This document shows positions 9,743 to 20,600 of a stretch of DNA of 64,000 nt, piece by piece. The first letter of the stretch is position 1, and every line of letters begins with the position of its first letter. Origin of the DNA: a virus; IMG/VR virus record IMGVR_UViG_3300033146_004399, positions 64,001-128,000 of that record, one strand, 5' to 3'. The translations under genes were made by a program, and so were the position numbers. The notes under the pieces were generated by a model. That model made no database searches. It had not been told where the DNA came from and saw only the letters and a list, made by a program, of their open reading frames with translations.

Positions 9743-11659
9743 ATGAGTGGTAGAACGAAAATTAAACTACCTTGGCAGACTAGATTCTCTAAAGATGTAT
9801 CTTTAGAAAATGTAAGTTTAACTGATTTAGTAATGCCGGAAGATAAAGCAATACCTGAAGCAACATCACCCAATGATGTTATTAATAGACAATATGTAGA
9901 AGGCGTAATAGGCGGTGGTGGTGCTGCAGTTATTGGACCATCTGAAGATGGAACGTATGATGATGGATTATTTCAAGATTTTGAAGAAACTACAGAAGTT
10001 GGTACTGCAGTTGATAGATTTAATGAGCTTTTTAAAGCTCTTGCACCTGCTCCTGCACCGAGTCTTTCTAATATTGGAATAGCCGATTCTGGTGTGTCTG
10101 GGAAACTATCTTTCGGAACATCGAATGTAATAGCAGGATATACACCCGTTCCAGCTAAAGATGTAGGTGGAAGTTTTACATCCTCAGGAGAAGAAGCTGG
10201 TATCTTTGCGGCTGGAAGAGTAATTAACGGATCCATTGCTGATAATGTTCCAGTAGGTGGAGCAAATAATAGACCTTATCCAGCAAAAGCTTTTGGAGAT
10301 GCCGATCAAGGTTTATTACATCTTGAAGTAAACGGTACAATTATTCATACTGTGGATTTAACAACTTTTAATTCTGGTAATTCATTAAATGGAAACGGTT
10401 CAGGATTTAGTTTATCTACTGCTGCTCCTATTCAATTTGATTCAGGAGAAACATTAGACTTATTTAATTATAGAACAGGAACTTGGACAGTAAGTGCTGC
10501 AGATCAAGTCAACGGATATAATGTCGTAAAAGTGAGACACGAATACACGGCCGGATCATTTAGAGATACTAATATATATGGTTGGGTTATCGACAATGAT
10601 ACAACAGCAACAACATTTACAAGCGAAAACGTAGCAAATCCATCAATGTCTGGTATAAATCAGATTTCTGGTGTTACATATCATACAGCTGGTACAATTG
10701 ATTATTCAGTAACTATATCTAATCCGTATAGAAACACATACTCATCTTCTGGAAGTGCTGTTAATTATACTGGTACCAATATATCCCCAGTAGATGAACC
10801 GTTGGCGACGCCATCAACTGAAACGCAAGATGTAGCCATAGTTGCAAAAACTATAGCAATAAGTAGTGTTAGTAGAATGTTAAACGGGAGTGTTGAAGTT
10901 GGTGTTACTTTAGACAGAACAGTACAAGGTGATTTATCTTCATCCGGCGACTCTTTAGCAGGTTTCCTTGTAGACGCAACTACTGATTCTTCCACTGATA
11001 CTTCTGAACCATTCAATGGTGAAGGTTATAGACTCCATACAGGGTTAGTTTTAACTGATACAAATTATGGAAGTGGAAAAAATGCTTCAGCATACGATTG
11101 GGATTCTTCACAGAATTTAATGTCAGGTGGGGCAGATTATACTACTGGACTTTTAATTGCTAACGGACAATTGTCTTACCCTTCACAAACTAATCATATA
11201 CCAAATATTGCTGGTGGCGATTTCAGTTCTGTAACTTATGGTCCTGGTGGAAATCCAAATTATGCAACAGCTTCTGGTAATAGAACATATCTTAGATATT
11301 TTTATTCTTCAATGTCCTATTCAAATTTTAAATTAGCTCTTGCAGTGACAAATACATCTTTTGTGACTACTGCTACTGGTCCTTCCGCTAACAATGTAAC
11401 GCTTGAAATACTTGCACCTAACACAACAAAAAATACTGGCGGTACGGTTGAGTTTAAAGATGCTGTAGAACCGCATAACGCAAACGATAAAGACATCGGT
11501 TGTTTCGCATCAACATTCGGTGATACAATTCCTACAAATTGGGGATTAACTCTTGGCGCAGAAAACACATCAACTTCTGGTCAAGTAATAGTAGTTCGAA
11601 TCACTGCATCTTCAGCATGGACTGGAAGTATTGATTCAATGAACATAACTTGGCTATAA
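9743..11659 (+). CDS. Probable virion structural protein (Gly/Ser/Thr-rich, beta-rich)
   Basis: 638 aa; composition like the neighbouring fibre genes. Confidence 0.6.
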   Translation: MSGRTKIKLPWQTRFSKDVSLENVSLTDLVMPEDKAIPEATSPNDVINRQYVEGVIGGGGAAVIGPSEDGTYDDGLFQDFEETTEVGTAVDRFNELFKALAPAPAPSLSNIGIADSGVSGKLSFGTSNVIAGYTPVPAKDVGGSFTSSGEEAGIFAAGRVINGSIADNVPVGGANNRPYPAKAFGDADQGLLHLEVNGTIIHTVDLTTFNSGNSLNGNGSGFSLSTAAPIQFDSGETLDLFNYRTGTWTVSAADQVNGYNVVKVRHEYTAGSFRDTNIYGWVIDNDTTATTFTSENVANPSMSGINQISGVTYHTAGTIDYSVTISNPYRNTYSSSGSAVNYTGTNISPVDEPLATPSTETQDVAIVAKTIAISSVSRMLNGSVEVGVTLDRTVQGDLSSSGDSLAGFLVDATTDSSTDTSEPFNGEGYRLHTGLVLTDTNYGSGKNASAYDWDSSQNLMSGGADYTTGLLIANGQLSYPSQTNHIPNIAGGDFSSVTYGPGGNPNYATASGNRTYLRYFYSSMSYSNFKLALAVTNTSFVTTATGPSANNVTLEILAPNTTKNTGGTVEFKDAVEPHNANDKDIGCFASTFGDTIPTNWGLTLGAENTSTSGQVIVVRITASSAWTGSIDSMNITWL

Positions 11660-11663
11660 AAAT

Positions 11664-11695
11664 AAAAAGGAGTTTATATTATAAGCTCCTTTTTT
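11664..11695. terminator. Bidirectional terminator between convergent genes
   Basis: AAAAAGGAGTTTAT-att-ATAAGCTCCTTTTTT. Confidence 0.75.
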
Positions 11696-12783
11696 AATAC
11701 GTCTTTAATATTTTCATTATATTTTATTCTAATTAATTTTATATTATTATCTAAACAATATTGATTTTTAATTTTATCATTTTGTTGTATATATTTAAAA
11801 CCTTCTTCTCCGCCAAAAAAATCTATAGGTTCATAATGTTGTTTTCCATCGTATTCTATTAAAAGCTTATCATGTATATAAAAATCAAATGGAAGAGGAA
11901 GAATATTTTTACAGTCATTAAATCTTTTTTGTCTTATATATTGTATATTTTTATTATCTAAATAATGAGCTATTGCTTTTTCACCTTTTGATTCATTGCA
12001 TACCGGGCAACCTGTGTCACCATAAATATGATTTCTTGCTATTTGTTCAAATACTCCATGAATAGGACATATTATTTTAATTTTTTCTCTACCTATTGTA
12101 TATTTAGAAAGAGAGTAGTTATATTTATTACTATGTATTAATTTTGCTTTTTTTATAAATTTTTTTGTATCAATTCTGCTTTTCAATCTATAACATTTAT
12201 CACAACCTGCTCCATTTAAATGCGCAGGCGGGATTTGTTCAAATATTCCATGTTCTGGACATATTATTTTAACCTTGGTATTTGCATTAATATAACTAAC
12301 TAAAGAATAGTTATATTTACTACCATGTATTTGTTTAGCTGTAGTAATAAATTTTTCTTTAGTAAATGATTTTATACTTTTTATATAATTATGTTGACAT
12401 TTAATGCATCCTTTGCCACTTAAATGCGCATCTGGTCTTTGCTCAAATGTTCCGTGGATAGGACATATTATTTTAATTTTAGTTTTATTGTTTATATATT
12501 CAACCAAAGAATAATCATATTTATTGTCATGTTTTTTAGAAGCTTGTTTTATAAAAGTTTCAAGTGTTTTAGTTTTAAATTCTGTTCGTTTTCTTATACC
12601 ACATTTTTTACATCCTCTATTGTGTAAATGATTTTTGGGTGTTTGTGCAAATATACCGTGTTCAGGACATATTATTTTAACTTTAGTTTTATTATTTATA
12701 TATTCTACTAAAGAATAATCATATTTATTATTATGCACAATATTAGCTTCTTCTATAAATTCATTTAGCGACTTTCTCCCCAT
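11674..12783 (-). CDS. Zn-ribbon repeat (x4) endonuclease, paralog of 2323..3231
   Basis: 4 KYDYS/CPxHG/CxxC repeats, then ESKGEKAIA..LPFDF..LIEYDGKQH; likely start 12783. Confidence 0.8.
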   Translation of the reverse strand: MGRKSLNEFIEEANIVHNNKYDYSLVEYINNKTKVKIICPEHGIFAQTPKNHLHNRGCKKCGIRKRTEFKTKTLETFIKQASKKHDNKYDYSLVEYINNKTKIKIICPIHGTFEQRPDAHLSGKGCIKCQHNYIKSIKSFTKEKFITTAKQIHGSKYNYSLVSYINANTKVKIICPEHGIFEQIPPAHLNGAGCDKCYRLKSRIDTKKFIKKAKLIHSNKYNYSLSKYTIGREKIKIICPIHGVFEQIARNHIYGDTGCPVCNESKGEKAIAHYLDNKNIQYIRQKRFNDCKNILPLPFDFYIHDKLLIEYDGKQHYEPIDFFGGEEGFKYIQQNDKIKNQYCLDNNIKLIRIKYNENIKDVLKKELII

Positions 12784-12878
12784 ACATTTAATTATGCTTT
12801 TATACAATAAAAGCAAGACTATTGGTAATAAATAACTTAAGATAATTAAATATAACGAAATATAAGGAGAAATTAATT

Positions 12879-13775
12879 ATGGCATTTATTGATAAAACTA
12901 AGGCGAATATAGCATATAAAAGAGTATTAGGCAAGATTCATACATCTAACGACAGAGAAGCTTTTAATGAACCTCTCTCTTCAAAATTTTTAATAGCAGC
13001 GCAGGATATATGGGCAGAAGATGTTCCACCTGTACCTGTTAGCGGAGGCACTTCAGTGGTAAGTGATCTTTTAGATTTGAATTTAGTACCGGTTTCGGGT
13101 ACAGATAATACTGGTATTTTCTCTGCTTACATGCTTAAACTAGGTGCTACTGTTCCTGCTTCACTTGTTGGTAAAAAAAACCGGTTGACTGGTGCAGTTT
13201 ATGCTGCATATGATAGAGTTGGGCAAATCATACCTATGGACATGGGGCCTGGTTATCAGCCTAAACCTTATGAAGGCACAACAGCAGTTTTCCCAATGGA
13301 TGCAAGTGATTGGTATATCGATAACTTCTCTGGTATTTTAACTCAAGAAACAGATAATCCCTCTTTCATGAGAGATTATACTCAAGCAAATTCTAAATTT
13401 CAATGTTATGTTTATATTGGTAAAATGATTACCGAAGCTTTTGGCGGTTTGGGTGGTGGTGCAACATATAATTTCTTTGATAAACAAAGTCCACAAGTTT
13501 TAGACGGACCTGGTGGGAATATAATTACAGCAGCTAATGGTATATCTGGGGACCAAGACGGAGTTAATAGAGTTTTTACTCTTAATGCTGCATGCGATTA
13601 CAATTCAGAGCATGTTTATATGAATGGTTCCCTTATGCAAGCTGGTAAAGATTATACTATAGCTGGAAGTGTAATAACTTTTTCAAATTCAGTAGAAATA
13701 TCTACTGGTGTATTCGCAGATAGAACACCCGAACCTACAGACTTAGTACAAGTTTCATACAGAGAAGAAGCTTAA
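12879..13775 (+). CDS. Probable virion structural protein with C-terminal Ig-like module
   Basis: GVNRVFTL..VYMNGSLMQAGKDYT..DLVQVSY; similar module at the N-terminus of the 2157-aa fibre. Confidence 0.6.
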   Translation: MAFIDKTKANIAYKRVLGKIHTSNDREAFNEPLSSKFLIAAQDIWAEDVPPVPVSGGTSVVSDLLDLNLVPVSGTDNTGIFSAYMLKLGATVPASLVGKKNRLTGAVYAAYDRVGQIIPMDMGPGYQPKPYEGTTAVFPMDASDWYIDNFSGILTQETDNPSFMRDYTQANSKFQCYVYIGKMITEAFGGLGGGATYNFFDKQSPQVLDGPGGNIITAANGISGDQDGVNRVFTLNAACDYNSEHVYMNGSLMQAGKDYTIAGSVITFSNSVEISTGVFADRTPEPTDLVQVSYREEA

Positions 13776-13799
13776 TAAAGAGAAATTTAATATATAGAG

Positions 13800-13824
13800 G
13801 CTGGATTTAAATCCAGCTTTTTTT
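13800..13824 (+). terminator. Intrinsic terminator
   Basis: Palindrome GCTGGATTTAAATCCAGC followed by T7. Confidence 0.85.
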
Positions 13825-13845
13825 ATTAAAAGCATAATTAAATAT

Positions 13846-14571
13846 ATGGGCAAAATTTTAACAACTGAAGAATTTATAAAAAGAGCTAAAGAGGTGCACA
13901 GTAATAAGTATGATTATTCAAAAACAAAGTATAAATTAGCCAGAGAAAAAATTGATATAATATGCCCAATTCATGGTTCTTTTAAACAACAGCCAAATCA
14001 TCATCTGAAGGGACACGGATGTGAAAAATGTGGTCATGTTAAGACTTCAAGTCATCATACGAAAACTGTTCAATATTTCATAAAAAAAGCTAAAAGAATA
14101 CATAATAATAAATATGATTATTCTTTGGTTGAATACATAAACAATAAAACTAAAGTTAAAATAATATGTCTAAAACATGGTATATTTGTTCAAACACCAG
14201 ATAATCATTATAAAGGTAAGGGTTGCCCAGTTTGTAAAGAGAGTAAAGGTGAAAAGGCTATAGCCCATTATTTAGACAATAAAAACATACAATATATAAG
14301 GGAACACAGATTCGATAATTGTAAAAATATTCAAGCGCTACCATTTGATTTTTATCTTCCTGAATATAATATATTAATAGAGTTTGATGGAATACAGCAT
14401 TTCTCCTCAAATTTTTTTGGTGGAGAAAACGGTTTAAAATATCGAAAACAAAATGATAAAATTAAAAATCAATATTGCATAAATAATAATATTAAGCTAA
14501 TACGGATAAAATATAATGAAGATATAAATTTAATATTAAACACGTTGGTCAGTACGAATACCTGTTTATAA
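13846..14571 (+). CDS. Zn-ribbon repeat (x2) endonuclease, paralog
   Basis: 2 repeats, then ESKGEKAIA..LPFDFYLP..LIEFDGIQH. Confidence 0.8.
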   Translation: MGKILTTEEFIKRAKEVHSNKYDYSKTKYKLAREKIDIICPIHGSFKQQPNHHLKGHGCEKCGHVKTSSHHTKTVQYFIKKAKRIHNNKYDYSLVEYINNKTKVKIICLKHGIFVQTPDNHYKGKGCPVCKESKGEKAIAHYLDNKNIQYIREHRFDNCKNIQALPFDFYLPEYNILIEFDGIQHFSSNFFGGENGLKYRKQNDKIKNQYCINNNIKLIRIKYNEDINLILNTLVSTNTCL

Positions 14572-14678
14572 CACTTCCTTGTTTTTAAAATATTTAAAAT
14601 TCTTTTTAAATAATACCATACTATCTCCGTCTTAATGTATAAGATAATATAAGAAATTAAAATGACAGGAGGCACAAA

Positions 14679-17600
14679 ATGCCGAGATTAAGATCGGAGC
14701 AGATTCAAAATTTAACATTAACTAACGCCCAAATAGGTGATGGTTATACATATGATGCTAATGGCGTCCAAATTGCTGGGTTTGATCCTACAAGATTAAT
14801 AGATCAGCAAAAAATTAAAGATTTAGAATTTCAACCTAATGGTTGGATTTCTCGTGGTATTGTAAATAAAGTAGATGTTTTGCCGGAATGGACAGCAGAC
14901 CTAGAAGGTCGTCTTTTTTATATTGATAGTACTGACCAATTATACTTAGGTATAGGAACAGAACCATGGTTTATATTAATAAGTGGTGATCAGGCTTCAG
15001 GATGGGATGCTGAACTTACAACCCGTATGGGATCAGATGGTACAAATTGGAATGGTACAATGGCTACACAGTTTCAGACTCTCTCTTATACATTTGCAGC
15101 TGATGGTTCAGATTTGTTTGTATATGTCAATGGTTCATTACAAAGATTAGATCATGATTTTGAAATTGTAGATGAAAGAACTATTAGAACTTTACGAAAT
15201 CTAAATGCTAATGACGTAGTAACTATGTTGGTTATTTTATCCAACTCAATGTTAAATTACGCAACTAAAGCTTGGGTATTTGAAAAAATACAGGCTGGTG
15301 GTATTAATCATTCTCTCGATGCTGCTTATGATGACGGAGCAGTGGTAAGCGTTGATTCTCGAGATGTAGATTGGAGATTAGCTCAAGATACTAAATTTAT
15401 AGTAAGTGAAGCTATATCTGGTATAGCTCTTCCTGCTACACATTTAGGTACTAAAGATATAACATCAGGTCACAATTGGCAAACAAGATGGCAAACATTT
15501 GATGTCGTATTAACTAATGCTGGTACAGTTACTGGACCCAAAACGGTAACCTTAAACAATCCAACAGTAACACTTGCAGAAGTAGCAACAGAAATTAGTG
15601 AAGCTTTAGTTACAGCTGGTATTTCAAATTTATATGGTTTTGGTGATACTGGCTTTGCAGGTCTTCAATCAACTGTAGTAGGTAATGACATATCTTTTAC
15701 TCTTGCATCTGGGTCGAATGCACTTCCAATTTTTGGTCTTGCACCACAAGTAGTATTGGGTGATGATGCTTATTCATCTTACCATGAGTTTGGTTTAGAT
15801 GTAGACGCATCTAGTGATGCAGGCCTTGAAGCTGGAGAAAAATTTTGGTTTTCAGTAAATGGAACAGAATATTTTATTACAACTGGTGCCAACGCAACAT
15901 ATGACCAAGTACGTTCTTCAATTGATACAGTATTAGATATTTCGGGGTTTGCAGCCTCAACTGAAGGCGTTTCACCTAATCAAGATATTCGCGTGACAAC
16001 TGATTTAGTTGGATTAGCTAATCCAACAGTGTTAGCTGATATCAATTATGCTGGACAAATTGAAATTACTCAAGTAACTACAGTAGCTGACGTTAATAGA
16101 TCTTTAGATGGTAAATATTTTGCTATTAATTCTATTGATGCTAATCTTTTTGGACATGAAAAACCTTACTATGTTTGGTATCATATTGATGCTGAGCAAG
16201 AAGTAAGTACCATAACTACTACAGCTGAAGATTCAAATGTTACTCTTGCAGGTTCATATTTTGATCTTCATTCACCTACAACAGATTATTTTGTATGGTT
16301 TGAGGTAGAAACACCAGTGTCTGCTGGTTATCAAGAACTTGGTTTGTCAGCACTTAATGCTGGAACAACTACTGGTTTAACAGAGAATACAACTTATTAT
16401 TTTAAGGTTGCAGTGGATGGGCAAGCTCAGCAAGAGTTTAACATCACAACAGCTCCAGATATTCAACCGGTTGCGGAAATTACAGATGTAACTTTCCCTG
16501 CTGATGTTGCTCAAACATATTCTGGTAGGTATTGGGAATTAAATTCACAAACAGGTTCTGGTTATTATGTATGGTATAATATAGATACAGCTGCTGGATC
16601 AGAAGTTACTGATGTAACAACTGTTGCAGACACAGCGCAATCTCTTTCGGGGTTACAGTTTGATATACATACTCCTAGTCAACAATATTATGCATGGCTT
16701 TCTATGATGACCGATCCAGGTCTTCCAGAATTAGCAGAAACTACAGATATAACTACTGTCGCTGATGTTGCACAATCTCTTTCTGGTTCAACATTTTATA
16801 TAAATTCTGCGGATGGTTCACCATACTATGTGTGGTATGAAATGATTACAGATCCTGGTGCTGCTGCAGTTGGTGAAATATCTGAAATAGTAACTGTTGC
16901 AGATAGTGGTCAATCTCTTTCTGGTAAATATTTTGAAGTAAGTACAATAAGTACAGATTATTATGGTTGGTACAGAATGTTGGTTGCCGGTCCTGTCGTT
17001 GGCCAAGAAGAAATTACAGAAATAACAACCGTTAGTGATGCTGCTAAATCTCTTTCCGGAACTTATTGGACATTTAATACTCCTTATAACGAATATTATG
17101 TTTGGAACAGAATGGAATTGACTGCCGCAGAACCTGCTACTGCTGAAGAAAGTACAGCTACTTTTAATTCAAATGTTGTCGGCGATTACGCTGGTCAATA
17201 TATTACAATCCATAATTTTACAACAGCTTATGATATTTGGTTTGATACAACTGGTAGTGATACAGCGCCGGCTGGAGCGATTTCAAATCCAATTGTTGCT
17301 GATATTTCTGGGGCTGCGGATGCAACTGCTATAGCTCTTATTGTAGTTAACGCGGTTAAAGCTGCCACAACAATGTTTTCAACTTCATCGTCTACAGGTG
17401 CTACTATAACATTTGTTGAAGATAACGCTGGTGCTCAGAACAATTCTGCAGACGGTTCAAATGCTGCAGACGTTGACGTTGCAACTTCAGTAACTGGTGC
17501 AGACTATGTTGTTGCTACTTATTCTACAGACCCTGCTCCTGCTTCAAAAACTGGTGTTCAGATTAATGTTGCTGAGAATGATGCTAATACAGTGATTGCT

Positions 17601-20600
17601 TCTGCTATAAATACTCAAATTAATCTTCTTGGTGATGTATCATCTTCAGTACTTGGTGCTGTTATAACAATAACAAATGATGATATTGGTGCTGTTGCAG
17701 ATGCTGTTGATGTTGATTCTGGTTTCTCTACAAATGTAACACAACAAGGTATTTCATCTGCTCCTGCTACTTATTCCACAGACCCTGCAGTCGTTGGTAA
17801 AACGGGAATACAAATTAATATTGCTGAAGATGATAGCGCTGATGCTGTTGCATCTGCAACACAAACGGTATTAGACGGCATGGCTCAGTTTGATGCTGGT
17901 GTTGTTAATAATACTGTAACAATTACTGCTACTACTTCTGGTGCTACGGCTGATGCTACTGCAGGTAATTCTGGTTTTGCGGTTTCAACTACGCAACAAG
18001 GTTCAGATTATATTGCCCCTACTTATTCTACGGATCCTGCACCTGCTTCAAAAACTGGTATTAAAGTTGTAATAGCTGAAGATGATATTGCTGCCGATGT
18101 TGCAGAAGCAACACGAACTGCTATTGATTTACTTGGAAGTTTTAGTGCTACAAGATCAAACAGCACTATTACTATTATTGATGCTACAACTGGTCCTGTT
18201 ACTGATGCTGTTGATATTGATACAGGTTTTGCGATTTCTGTAACTCAACAGGGTCAAGATTATATTGCTCCTACTTATACAACTGAACCCGCTGGTACAG
18301 GCATTGGTATTAAAGTTGATATAGTGGAAAATGATACAAATATAGCAGTTGCTCAAGCTGTCGAGGCTGCATTTAATGGAACAGTTGGTTTTTCAGCTAC
18401 TCGTACAAATGAAACAGTAACTATAACAAATGATGTTGGTGGAGTTGCAACTAACGCAGCAGCTTCAAACTCTGGTTTTACAATTAATATCGTTGAACAA
18501 GGTTATGAAGCTTATAGTTCTACAGACCCTGCTATTATTGGCCGTACTAGTTTACAAGTTAACATAATTGAAAACGATACAGCAGACGCAATTGCTGCAA
18601 AAACTTCTACTGTTATTAACGCTTCAGCACATTTTTCATCTAGTGCTTCTAATGATACGGTAACAATTATTGATGCTAATGGCGGTGCTGTTACAGATGC
18701 TGTTAATGTTGACATTCCTGCTGGTTTTTCGGTTAATGTTTCTACTCCTGGTGTAGATTTTATATCTGCCGATGTTTCTTGGGGACAAATTCTTACATTA
18801 TTAAATGTTTCTACAACATCAGCTGCAACCTGGGCGTTTAATAATGGTGATATTAGACTTACTTCTGATACTATTGGTTCTTGGACTGCTATATCGTTAG
18901 CTGCTGGCACTACTGGAAATGATTTTTTCAGTTCTGTGAATGATTTTGTATCTTTTGATGCTGAAATTCCTGGTGTCTCTTCTTATTCTGCTCAACCTGC
19001 TGGCGTAGGTACTCCTATTAAAGTGCCTGTACTCGTTGGTGCAAACGCTGTTAATGTTGCTTCTTCGATACAAACTGCTGTTGATACTGAAGGTGATTTC
19101 AATGCTGCTGTTGGTGTAAATGTGGGTGTTGATGATCACATTATAACAGTTACAAATGTTGCTACTGGTTTTGTTACAGATATTGCAGATCATGGTACTG
19201 CTTTTGGGCTTACTGTTTTTAATCAAGGTGCTAACGAGTCTACAGACCCAGTTGGTATAGGTACTGGTATTCAGGTTGATATCAATAAAGATGATAGTGC
19301 AACTGATGTTGCAACAAAAACACAAGCGGCTGTTGACTCTGATGGTGAATTTTACGTTACCAGATTAGATGCTGTTCTTTCAGTACAAAATGATTTCTCT
19401 GGTGCTGTTACACTTGCTGCTGATGTTGATTCTGGTTTTGCTTTTACACGGACTGGTCTTGGTGAAGATGTTAAATATGGTATTTTTAGTGCTAATGGTT
19501 TAAACATAACACTTCCTGCAGCTGTTGATGGTATTGATGCTGTTCCAGCGTCTATCGCTGTTGGTACTGCTGATTTATCTGGTGGTTATAATTTTTACAC
19601 ATTTCCTAAAGACTTCGCAGTTGTTATTAGCGGTGAACCTTTAGTTGAAGTTTTCCTAGATGAAGCAGCTTATAATGCAAGTGAAGTAGTTAGTAAAGCA
19701 AATACAAAAATAGCTGATGCTGGTATTACAAATCTTGAAGCTTATCAAGAAGCTGGACATATAGGTTTTAGAACACTTCTTACTGGTTTAGCTCAAAGTC
19801 TTGATCTTAGAGATTCATTATCTGATGCTCTTGTGACTCTTGGTTGGACAGCAGGTATTTATTCCGGTACGTTAGGTCCTGCAGATTCTATCTTTCAAGT
19901 TGACGCTCTTGCATCTGGTAATGAAATTAGATTTGATGCTGATGTTTTACCTCTTGCAACCGGTACAAATAACATTGGTTCTGAAGATTATAAAGTTAAA
20001 GAAATTTGGGCTCAAGATGCTCACTTTGATGCCGGTACAATTTATATTGGTAATGCAAAAATATCAGAAGAAACTAATGAATTTGCCTTTACTGTTGATG
20101 ATGGTGTTAATGAATGGGATCATTTTGGTAATACAAACTCCGCTATTGCTCCTGTTGGTGCTGACAGAATTGGTGTTGCTGGTGTTGTCGGTGTTATTCC
20201 TGAAATCAGTGGTGGCAGTGCTGCTCCTGGTGATCCTGGTACTCTTCAAGAAATGCTTACTGGTTTTGCTAAAAGCGCTGGTGGTGTAAAAGTATTTCCT
20301 GATATGGGAACAACAACTGGTACATACGGCGATCCAACTAATCTTAAAGGTTTTTTACTTGAAAAAGCTGCTGGTCTCTATTTAAAAGTTGGTGAAATTG
20401 TATATATTAAAGACATTAACCGTTCAGTTATGGTACTCTTGCAAGGAACCGGTGTGGTTGAAGATTTCGACTGGACATACTTAGAAGGTGCTGTTCATGC
20501 TGTTGGTGGAGAGAGCATTAAATATGACTTAACTGCACTTGATGCTAATGGTGCTCCTACTACTGGTACTCTTCCAGTTGATTCCTTTTATGTTAAAACT

